From: Blasia pusilla
Taxonomy: Eukaryota
Reading direction: 5' to 3'
Length of the DNA stretch: 64,000 nucleotides
Assembly: GCA_050084515.1 (NCBI GenBank)
Contig: CM114271.1
Location: 10,168,001 to 10,232,000, forward strand
Below, in pieces: positions 22,658 through 39,799 of the stretch. The position numbers and the translations under genes are program-made. Every line of letters starts with the position of its first letter. The first letter of the stretch is position 1. The notes beneath the pieces are model-generated. The model saw nothing but the letters and a program-made list of their open reading frames with translations. It was not told the origin of the DNA and searched no databases.

Positions 22658-24348
22658 GCAATGACCTCGCTGCCATCGAGTTGAACGGTGTTGTTTCCAT
22701 TATGTTGATTGTGTCCCCGACTTCGTGGGGACATTTCCCGATCTCAACACTTGCGGTTGACGGGCCGGGCTATCGTCAATGGCTATTGCTTTTCCCCCCG
22801 CTTTAGCCAATTCCGCCCTCCTCACCGACGGCCCGGACACTTCTTTTTCTCTTTTCGCCGGCAATCCTTTTCTTCAAGGCCTGCGACGTCTCGGCCTCTT
22901 CGTTCGTTTATCTAGCGCTTGAACACGCCTCGCGAAGCACTTGGTTGTGCATCTCCGCTTCCCTTTCCGCTCCTCGATTTCCTCGCCGCCTAATTTCATT
23001 CGCGAACGAGGCGCAGGAGAAGCCGACGCAGAGTCCTAATGGACTTGGGAGTGAAGCTCCGGACTTGTTGGCTTGTGTTTTTTTTTCCTTGTCATTTTTG
23101 CCGGAAATGCCTCCGCCTATGTCCACGCATTTAATCCCTTTGATCGATCGCCTTGCTGATGTCGAGATGGGAGCTCGTCTCGCCTTGGTGGTTAGCTCGA
23201 ATCGTCCCGATATTGCTCGGTCGAACCGTCTCGCTCTCGTTCCGTCCTATCGACTCGCGATGTGTTGTCGCGTGAAATGCCCCTTCGTATCTGATCAGCT
23301 GCTGCGCGGGAGAGTGAGGAGTGAGGAATGAAGATCGCGAAATGAGAAACCGGAAATGAGCGACTTCTACCCTATTTATACTTTTCTAGCCGTTGGGCTG
23401 ACCGTTGGGTCCCGTCGTCCTTTCGACGGCGACGTGCCGAATGTTACGGAAGTCCGGACGTGAAAAATCGCAACCCGTCGGAGTCCGACAAGTTGCGCGG
23501 CTCCGCCATCCTGGGAACGTCGCCACGTGCGCGAGCAACCTGTCGGAGCCCGACGGGTTGAGCGCCTCCGTCGTCTTCGGAAAAGAACGCGAGGTACCCG
23601 CGCAACCCGTCGGAGACCGACATGTTGCGTGCCTCCGCCATCCTGCGAACGTCGCCACGTGCGCGAGCAACCCGTCGGAGACCGACGGGTTGAGCGCCTC
23701 CGTCGTCTTCAAAAAACAACGCGAGGTACCTTCACAAGCCGTCGGAGACCGACATGTTGCGCGCCTCCGCCGTGTTTGGGACGGGAACAGGACGTATTTT
23801 AGGCAATCCGTCGGAGACTGTTGGGTTGCACGCTTCCCTTATCAAGGGTTAGGAACGATGGCTTACCGTGCAAGTCGTCGGAGTCTGGCCTGGTCGCACC
23901 ATTGGCGACGCTTGCGCAACCCGTTGGAGGGCGACGGGTTGCACGCCTCGCCGGGAACATACGGTTTGCACGCCTCCGGCATCTTCGAGCAAGAAGGAGC
24001 GGTATCCTAGCAAGTTGTCGGAGAGCGACGGGTTGCTCGCTTCGACAATGTTTAGCAGAAGCGTGCAACCCGTCCGATGCCGACGGGTTGCGAGCCGATA
24101 AGCTTCGGGTAATTTCGAGTTACCAGGACTCCGACGGGTTCCAAGTGATGCGCAACCCTCGCTTCCCAAATCCGGTAACATATTGCAACACAATTGAATG
24201 TGTTACAGAATTGGATCCATTGTGTCAGAAAATCTCCCCCACTGAATTCATCTTGTCAGTAAAAATCTGCCATGAGTATCTGTTTCCTATTCACTATAAA
24301 TTAAATATTCTCATTCTCATTCTCATTCTCATTCTCGTTTCCCCGTAG

Positions 24349-27300
24349 GAATCTTCTTGGAATGGATAATTATGTTAAGCTCACTTGTGGCGTCATCTGG
24401 CGGCCCTTCCTCAATCAAATCATTCGACCCCAAGCTCGTGAGTCTTTCGTGAGCAGATGGATGAAAATTTTCATGCATTCGATTTCTTCTTCAATTGGAA
24501 CCATCTTTGTATCCAAAGATGTTAGGGTGGAAGGTACGGAAGACATAATAGGTGAGACGGTCCAGCCAAAGTGACCTCGTAGACCGTAAAGTATGGAATC
24601 TCCTACACCGCCGCAAATGGTCAATACAGAGTTTACTTTTGCCCCTGAATTCGCCTGTTTCCCAAGTAGACGGTCTAGAATTTCCTAGTGCTCCGAGCTC
24701 ACGTTTGCAACTCCAAGCTCTGCAGATCCGGCCGACTCCAACCGCACACTCGTAACAATGTTGTTCTTCCCTGAAGAGATTCCGGATGTTATCAACCTCG
24801 GCCGGATCTGCTTCGGACACCAATCGGGCTCTGTCGTCACCTACTCGTTCCTCTTGCGAGTATCAGGCAATAGTTTGCTTTCGTCTCGCCCTTGAAAATG
24901 TTCAAGCATATTCTTGTCGCATTTAGCCGCCCACGCACGATGGTAATCGCATTTTTGAGTTGCCTCCACTTGCCGCTCTGCTCAAAAGAAGGATGGAGGA
25001 TGCCTGAAGGGTATGGGGAGTAAAGTCGATTGTCATCGATGGTGCAGGCTTCAACGGACCAGTGCTTCCATCCCATATGGTCCTTGGATTGTCTCCCGCG
25101 GCCAATGCGTGGGAGCCTTGGAGTGTAGAAGTCCACCATGCCCGTATCTAGAGCGCAACGGGCGAGTCAATACGTCGTAATTCCCCCCCAAGAATGCAGA
25201 AACTCCATACGAGGTGGGTGCCACAATACCGCCGGGAGGCCATCGATGTCCTCATTGTCAGGCATCGCCCTTCTACGTTGGAGCGTGTCCTGCATACATA
25301 TTTTTCATTGTCCATGACTTGGGCTCCACGCCGAGTATACAAGGTCGGGGATTCATGTTGGCTCCACACTCATCCTGTGGACCGATGCAATTCAAAGACA
25401 CATCAAGGAGGATGTGGCGAAGAAAGTAGCCGAGGTCTTCAGAAACTCTCCGGGTTCAAAGCCCGGGGTGATCAAGCTCACAATGGCATCACAAATTTGT
25501 GAGCAATTGCTTGGAATCCCTGGACAGGGCGAGATCACGGCGGTTGAGGAGAAACAACTCGAGAAAATCTCACATTTTCGCTGATCCCGAATGCTTCAGA
25601 ATTTCTTTGCGTCGATCTGAGTTCGGATGGAAAGACGGCCGAAATGGATGCCATCGCGTAATCAAGGCCAACTCCAGGTTTCCATTCATTCAGAGATGGC
25701 GTTCATGGGCCAAGGAGGCGAGGGATCCAGGGCCTATGTCTTCAAAATGTCAACCACAGTCCGTCGAGTGGCCTCGATCTTATAGATCGAATGAGGGAAG
25801 GGGAAGATCTTTACTGAGCCGGGTCAGGTCAGCTTTGATATTTGCTCAGAGTGCTGAATGGATGGTTGACGATGGGTGCTCACGTTTATGACCATGTGGA
25901 GAAGGGACTCAAAACTATATTTGTGTGTGAAGTAAAGGCGAAGATGTTGGCGGTTTGAAGATGTCTTTGGTTACTCTTATTGGAGGTGGTGAAGGAAAAC
26001 AAAAGGCCACCTCCGAAATTTATGGGTTCATGGTAGACAATGCACAACCTGGGTGGATTGCTATCCGGAAGTGTTTCGGGGTGGAGAGGTTCAACCTGAG
26101 AGGGAAAGGTTGGATGCTTTCCATTGGCAATGATCTGTGACCCGGTACACCAAATCTTGCATCAAGGAGAATAAGAGGACGGAGCATGTCACTCTACTCC
26201 AACGCTGCAAGGACAAAGCAAAACTTGAAGCAGGCCATGGATCGGGAAGAACTTCATGGGTGGTGGAGGAAGCATGCGATTGAGGGGAAGTACAAAGAGT
26301 TGTGCTCTTGGTTGAGTTGGTGGATGCGTATGAGACAATGGGGAAACTTCATGCGGCAGGTGAGTTCACTATTTTGTCTTGTCAAGCTCACGCTGAGAAT
26401 TGTTTGTAAAGTTGTAGCTCAGGGTGAGAAGCGTGGGAATTATATGGATTTCAAACCCAAGAGACCAAGCAAGCTGTCGGATGCGACGGGTTGCCCGAGT
26501 GTGCAACCCAATGGAAACCGACGGGTTGCCCGAGTGTGCAACTCGACGGAAACCGACGGGTTGCCCGAGTGTGCAACCCGACGGAAACCGACGGGTTGCA
26601 TCCACATGTTTGGTGTCGTCCCGGGTGTGCAACCATTCGGGACCCGACGGGTCACAGAGTCGTTCATGGGATGCCTCGGCCTTGCAACCCGTCAAGTTCC
26701 GACGGGTTGCAGTAGGTGGGTTTAAGTTACAACACGTCGGGACCCGATGGGTCGCAGAGTCGTTCATGGGATGCCTCGGGCCTACAACCCGTCTGGTTCC
26801 AACAGGTTGCTTATTTCTTTGACTCCTGGGTTATTTTCGTTCCCTTCTAACATTGCCGTCGTTGCAGGGATTGAACGTTCATGAAAATGCCCTGTGCCCC
26901 AACACAAGTGGAGAGAAAGTGTTCATTCCTCTTGAGGTCGTCACAAGCATGCCAACAAATTTCACTTGTGGAGGCATGCCAACAAGACCAGGCAAGAGCA
27001 ATGCTGATCTGCAAACATCCCATATCTTTCTCACAAAAGGCATAACAAAAGGAAAAGGGCCGTCGATCTACGAGCTCTATGTCAGGGCGGTTGTGAGATC
27101 TGGTCATGAAAAATTGTATGTCGAAGCCTTCAACCGGTGCGTAGCTGGAACTCCACTCGAGCAAGACGTACACATTGGTGGGGATATTCGTGGGCGGGTT
27201 TCAAGACGTCCCATATAGATGGTGGTAGAGCAGTCCGAACGAGACTCGTGGAGACCACATAAGTATCTTGACTTGCGGTGAAGAGGCAAGATCGAGGAAC

Positions 27301-28337
27301 GAATCCGGTGATTGATTTGGATGAGGAAATTACACCGCCAGGTATTCGAGGACCCGGACCGTCCCAAATCCGTGATGGAGTTACTTCTCCAAAATCGTGA
27401 ATGTTTTATTTCAAAAGCCCTCCGTTCTTTGGAAGTTCGCAACATCCATCCTTTGGGGTGGTTCAACAATATGGGATTCCGGTAATGGAGGTGGATTGCA
27501 ACCTAAAACGGTGGCATATATCTTGGAGCAACCGGGACATGGACCCACTGCAGGCGTGATCGATGGCATTAGGAGAGCATGCGGCACTTTCCTAAATAAG
27601 AATCACATAAGGATGGGCGACCCTGCCTGGGTTTTGGGGACTCAAAACCTTTGATCGTTTCACGAGGACCGGGATCAATTGAAGTACTTCTTCGCCCAAA
27701 TGAATCTTGCGCTTTCGGAAGTCTTATCCGGCGCCATTGGAGCTCGGGAATACCCCACGATTTGGCCCATCGCCGCAGTACGAATCGCACTCAAGACAAG
27801 TAGACAATCTTACAAGTGCGGTTTGACTCGTAGACGGGGAAGTTCAGAGCATGTTCGACACGAGACCTTCGATTTCGTATTCAACCCAAGATTGATGTCA
27901 ACATGTACCCGGAGAAGGTGGATGATCTCAATCCATTATTTCTGTTTGAGTCTAGAAATGGGGTGAAGAGAAACAGAATGTGCAGACCAACGGTGGAGAG
28001 AGCAAAGCGAATTGCATCAGCTCGGGAGGCAAAAATGGAGATCATCGCCACGAAAGATGTCTTGAGTGGCAATGGAATAGGAAGGATGTATTGGGCCAGG
28101 AACAACATTGTAAATTCAAGTGTCACAGGGGTGTATGTGGTGCACATTTGTTGCTTTCCCACATGTTCATGTGATGACTTTGTCCAAAGAGAGACAAGTG
28201 GCAAAAGATATTTCCCTTGTAAGCACATGTACTATGTGTTGCTGGTAGTTTTAAGAGAGTCGGAGGTAGGAGTAGGAATCCACCAACCAATTCTGTCCCT
28301 CAAAGAAGTGCGAAGTATTTTAAACAAACCACTTTGA
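24349..28337 (+). pseudogene. MULE-type transposase: GCM-like Zn domain, DDE core, SWIM zinc finger (frameshifted, with introns)
   Basis: GCM-like: DGNRIFELPP, CVGALEC..PPCPYL, CPHCQASP..GACPAY..HTHPV (~24930-25380). DDE core: SFD (25831-25839), GFMVDNAQ (26024-26047), CxxH-type C.FHW (~26115). Intron GT 26360 to AG 26867. ESVHS (~26915). SWIM: YVVHI...TCSCDDF...PCKHMYYV. Confidence 0.82.
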
Positions 28338-28789
28338 GGATGCAAAATGAGGTTTTAGATTGTACTTTTATTTTTCCTCAACCTTCACTTTGAGCTTGAA
28401 CTCTATTCAGCCCGGGGCAAATGATAGATTTTTTCCAGACTTTGGATGGAAAAAGTGATTGGTTCCACACTTATGATTCCACTGATTTTTCAGTTTTCTA
28501 AATTTTGTGCAATTTGCAACTCGTCGGACTCACAGGGGTTGCCAAAATATGGAAGAGGAAAAAAACACTGTGGGATTGTTTAATAAATGAACAAAACAGT
28601 GCAAAAATATTCACACAAAAAGTTTCCTCTCTTCAACCCAACGGAAACTCTCGTAAAAAAAAAGTATCTATTTCGGTTGAAGGTAGTTTCCTCTCTCCTC
28701 TCTCCTCTCTTCCTCTCTCCTCTCTCCTCTCTTCCTCTCCTCTTACCGCACCTCCCCACAATGCTATCTTCTCCCTGTCCTCCAACCTG

Positions 28790-31029
28790 ATAGAAAGCTG
28801 ATGATAGCCAACACGGAGATCTTAAGTAGTAAAGATCTTTGCATGACCTACCGCATCAAAGCTCTCCTCTGGAGTAGGCACGGCATGGCATGACACTCGC
28901 ATCTGTCTCTGCTCAGCCATATCTAGGCTGACTATCCATGTGAGATAATTGAGGTCCATCGCTTGCCCCAACACCTGTCTCCAAGATGCCTCAGTCATAC
29001 CTGGCACCGCTGTAGTACCCATAGCGAACCCCATGGCTTGCTCGCGCTCATCTACTGTAGGCTCCTCCAATGCAGGGGTCACCTCATCCCAAATCATATC
29101 CGGCCCTCCCTAACAAAGACATGGGATGTAGGGAAGCTCACCAACGTAGGTAAGGCTGCCCTCAACTCCCCCGCCCTATTGGTCATCGCCAACGGTGGTC
29201 TATCATCCCGCGTCACCACTTGAGATTGACGCGCTAAGCCCAAAATAACATCCACTGTGAGATGTGGTGCTCTCTAGACTCTATCGTATGCTCGACTCAG
29301 TACTTCTGATGGTATCAGGTTCGTCCACCACAGTCGTGGATGATGGGCGGGTGATCCAACTCTTGCTACATCTAACAACACAACAGGTCCCAACCAGGAC
29401 CTCACCTAATGCACACTCGTCATCACACATGCAAGAGTGTCTCTCAATAATGGCATGTTCTCCAAATTGTACGCCGGAGAACATGTCTGACTCTCCTACA
29501 CGTGTCGTACTACTCGTAGCATCTCCCAAAACATCCCTCACCTCGGATCCTGCAATCCAAACCCTCGGCCAACTGATGAATGATCCTCATATGGCCCCGT
29601 ACTGCAGATACCGGCAACAACTCAAGATACCTCTGGACCAATCTCGCTACGTGACATAATGGTTCTCTCCGCGCGGTCTCATCTCTCTCCACATAAAGGT
29701 ACTGATGCACCTGTATGTCCGCCCGCAATACCGCAGCCAATCCTCTGCTAATCCCTCCAAAGAGATCTTACATCATAACACCCTCCTCTGGACACTACCA
29801 CACAACGAGTGTGATATCCAGTAGGGTCAACGTCTCCACTTCAGGGGCCCAATCGCCACCTGACTCTCGCTGCTCCGAGATAAAGGCATGACTCCACGCC
29901 TGCCTCATGATGTCGTCGGCACTCCTCTGTAGCTCTCAAGTCGTACCTCACAATGGTGAAGAAGTCTCGCCAACATGGGAAGAGACACCCGCCATGGCTT
30001 GCCTCTCTTTGGGACTATCCACTACTGGGACATCCTCCGCATGTGCGTTCCCCTCCAACAACTCTCTTGGCTAGTTAACACTACTTGTGAAAGCTACCAA
30101 CGTGGTCACAGACTTATCTCGTGATCAACCGCCTTGTCCCGCAAGCTGCACGGGTAGCTAACTCATCCGCCCATCACCTGACCGCCATCGTGGTCGATAA
30201 GCAACAGTCTCCTCCCAGAAGTCAAGGATGAATCCTAGGGGATATAACACTATACTCCCCACCAACACATCGTACGACTCAATTAGTGTGGTAATCGCAC
30301 GTGTGCGCACCATAGCATTATCCGTCGGATGCTCTGGCTGGACTCTAACAACTATCTCTTGTCAAGTCATATATTGCGTGGGTGACACGCCCCCAATTCA
30401 GGTCTGTATCTAGAAGGGACAAGGCTCAATGTCGGCCTTTCGTAACCCCAACGCTAAATATGCCACCTTCCCTAATATCAAGGGTTGCGCTCCTGAATCA
30501 AGTAGGATGCGCTGCAGGTGGTATATTGTCCCCGTCAGATTAACCAGGAAAAATACTCCAGCTCGATTAACCAGTAGCACTACTCCAGGTGTCATCACTG
30601 CTCGCTCTATGGCCGGTCGAGCTAGCATATCTACCAACTTTTCCGCCACCGCATGCCATGACTCTGTGGGGGACGTCCCTTGCACCTACTCTGAGGGCAA
30701 GTCCACCACCTCCTCAACTACCTCTGAACAAGAGGTAGTCACCTCTCCATGCTCACACAACTTGGCGGCTAGGCGGAACACCTCAGCTGGTCCAACTCCC
30801 AATGTCGCCAACTCTATGGCGGAAAATAGCTGAGTGTGGCTCACTCTAGTGGCCACCTCCAACACTATGGTTGACACTGACTCCACTCAAGCCAGCATAT
30901 GAGTTGTCACTCCAACTCCTCATGACGTCGATGTACTTGCCTGACCTATAGGCACTGCTGGTCGTCAAGGCATCATCGATGGTGTGTGTAGTGCCTGCAA
31001 CAATATGAATGAATGTGGAACCCTGGCCT
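28790..31029 (-). mobile_element. Gypsy-like retrotransposon, downstream part: gag-protease linker, aspartic protease, C5-DNA methyltransferase
   Basis: Protease RILLDSGAQPLILGK (~30510-30468). The frame joins 44489+ across the CACTA TSD (GWQ|ARVPHSF..TPSMMP), matching the uninterrupted homolog at ~57735 (KQARLPQSF..TPSMVP). Confidence 0.85.
28822..29785 (-). pseudogene. Cytosine-5 DNA methyltransferase (DNMT) domain remnant inside a retrotransposon polyprotein
   Basis: Motif I DLFGGISRGLAAVLRADIQVHQYLYVERD (starts 29767). Motifs IX-X EEPTVDEREQAMGF..GTT..RQVLGQAMDLN (~29070-28945). The central PC motif region is not seen; ~29280-29590 is unrelated or decayed. Confidence 0.78.
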
Positions 31030-31372
31030 CACTAGTAGGAAAGGGGTTATTTTAAACCCATATCATTGAGACTCGTATTACTAAGAGTCATTGTAATCAC
31101 TCTTAGTTACTCCAAAACTGACATTGTGACTCAAGAATTACTCACACGGTAGGGGAGTCACAATTTGATACTTATATGACAACATGAAAAAATCTAGGAA
31201 GCCACTTTAACTTGTATATTGATGTTTAAAACCTAGCCATGTAATGAGAAAAATGAACATTTTATTTCTCCTCTCCATCTTCCAAAGAATGACCTAGATC
31301 ATTTAACCTACAACTATAGTATTCTGAAGAAAATGACTAAAACCTGTTAAAAGATAAGAAAAAAGTTACGAA

Positions 31373-31429
31373 TGTAAGGGAAATAGGTACGAAGGTAAGG
31401 GAAATAGGTACGAAGGTAAGGAAAATAGG
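31373..31429 (+). repeat. 20-bp tandem repeat (GTAAGGGAAATAGGTACGAA-like), about 3 copies
   Basis: gtaagggaaataggtacgaag repeated directly. Confidence 0.85.
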
Positions 31430-31581
31430 CTTTAGGCCCTAAACCCTCTTGAGGTTCAAAAACCCTAACACACGAGCCCACGTGTGCATTTCTCCCTCCC
31501 CCATGCCCCAACTCTCTATCTCTCTTCCAACTTGTGACAGGTCAAGCTTCCTTTGATAGGCTGCATACGAGGCAAGGTAAG

Positions 31582-37686
<6,105 letters not shown>

Positions 37687-39799
37687 CACTCTCTCTCTCT
37701 CTCTCTCTTGTCGTCCGGTGTGATACCTGACCATACAATGTTGGTGCATAGATTCAAGTGTTAGAACTTGGAGAGGTTCCACTCCAAGTTTTGATATCAA
37801 ACAAACAAGTTCAGATATCACACCGGATGACAAGCCTTTTGGGAAAGAGAACGGTCAGATTTGACAATCGTTGGTGGTTGGCAGAGCTTTGGAGGAATCA
37901 GTGTTGGATTCTCAACATCCACTCCTTTGAGCACCATTAATCTAATCGGCCCCCTTGTATGAGGAGAAGCCTAGATTGATGGTTCCGACTTAGACGTCGA
38001 AGGAGTCATAGTAATATGACGTAGGTGGTTTACGGAGTAGCGTTACTAGGTTTATCTAACCCTATATTGCATCAGGGTGCGGGGCACCTTGATGCGTCGC
38101 GAGGGTCCGGGGGCGCAGCCCTGGTATGCCAAGACGACGCAGGTATTTTTCTTCATTTCTATTAATAAAAATGAAGAAAAATAGGTAAAAACCCTAATTT
38201 TCCCGAGTAGTCAAATAGTCAGGAGCCGCAGCGCTAGCGCATTCTCATATGTCGAGTTATCTCCCAGTTCAGGTTCCATCAAAGCTCTTCTGTGAGCGCA
38301 CGGACGGACTAGGCCACTTTGTATCTCTAAGTTTTGTAAAGATTTCAGTGATTTCGTCACTTTATGTTTTCTCACAGTCAAAGCATATAGTGAATAGGTA
38401 TAAAAATTTGGAAGCTATGTTTTCCCTGGACGCGGTTAAAAAGGGTTGAAATCTTATTGAAATTCATGGGTTGTTTTCGTAGGAACTTATTGGATATCTT
38501 AATGGACATGTGCGTCATATACTGCAATAACAAAAATCTCCTGTACAAAAAAAATCCCTCCTCAATATGTATGGTGATTTCTTTGTAAACTTAATTTTGA
38601 ACTACTCTTTTCACTTGAATGGAGAGAGAAGTTTTGTTGTCACTGATTACCGGGCAGTTGTAGCCTTGTGCACCATGGAGAGAGAAGTCTTTGGAATGTA
38701 ACATCCTTCATGTCTCTGGATGGCATCAGAGTGATGGCGGGTGTTTCTTTCCAACCAATGGTTCAAAACGACTCAGGGTACTTTTTGTCTAGATTACGGA
38801 GCCTTCTTTTTGAAGTGAAGGTCAAGATCTTTACCATGAGCAGGCCTCCTAGTCTCTTGGACCATATCCTTGCCCTCCCAGAATCTGCGAGGGCAAACAT
38901 TTGTTACTTTCATGCTTACTCTGACCGTTATTGGACCCCAAATAGGCGACAAAGGCAGACTAGGAATTGGCTATTCCGCTTAGAAGATCGCCAAGTGTAT
39001 GTGTAATTTGTAGACATTGTTATGTGGAGGGAGGATAGAGGAGCACTATTAGCATGGCTAATGCTTGGGGTCACCCGCAAAGTCACTCTTCATATTTGTC
39101 ATGATGAAGGGGGGATTCTCCCTAGGGAGGATCATCCCATTGTTAGGAAGGCACGAGCCATCATTGAATATGCGCGTTTTATTTGTGGCCACATGGTAGA
39201 GGTTACTCTTGAGTATTGTAATACTTGGGAAGTTGTAACCTCGGGGGACTTAGTATGCATTCGCTCAAGTCGTGGAACAATTTCTGGGAAAGTTTGCAAA
39301 TGTTGCCTAAACATATGCCGTGATGCTGAAGTATGGCAATGAGTCAGATCCGTAGCCTAACTTGAGGCCCCTCATATGACAAACGGATAACATTTGTAAT
39401 TGTTAACATGAAGACAATAAGAGGATCCATGGTTGCCAATCATGAATTCAGTCACCGTTATTTGTCTTCATTGATGGAATTGGGCTTATTTTGAGGGGGC
39501 ATGTGTGTACACTCTTAACCTTGGACGATAAAAGACGCTATTACGGGGATGTATGCAACCAAATAATTAATAAGAAGTAATGATTTCTATAGAAACAATT
39601 GCTTCTTATGCTACTTAACTTTAACTTGTTCTATGTACAGGTACCAAACGTTTGACTATTGGAAATCCGAGTATCGTGAAGGCTATAGGTAACCTCCACA
39701 TGCACTGACATCCATTTTCTAGCTTTTTTTTCCATGCCTCAATCATGGACATTCAAGATCCATTGAATTTCTACACCTAATAGTAATCTTATTGTCTTT

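Larger units (their letters stand above)
18080..28747. mobile_element. Mutator-like (MULE) DNA transposon carrying a transposase and a divergent methyltransferase-like gene
   Basis: Transposase motifs on plus, MTase motifs on minus, and a shared palindrome CAACCCGTCGGnnnCCGACGGGTTG throughout. The right end ...CTCCTCTTACC (28747) also ends the small element at 52576-53189. Left end and TSD not identified. Confidence 0.75.

Noticed and set aside
21490-23330. Possible N-terminal domain (e.g. ParB-like) or start of the MTase-like gene
   Set aside because: No diagnostic motif is visible, and the region is disrupted by the inverted duplication.
19020-26810. Palindromic repeats with variable spacers resembling a CRISPR array
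   Set aside because: Spacing is irregular, spacers are often repeated, the repeats lie in spliceosomal-type introns of a eukaryotic TE, and no cas genes are present.
38668-39342. Two plus-strand ORFs inside the CACTA (112 and 106 aa)
   Set aside because: They look coding-like but could not be identified without a search; not called.
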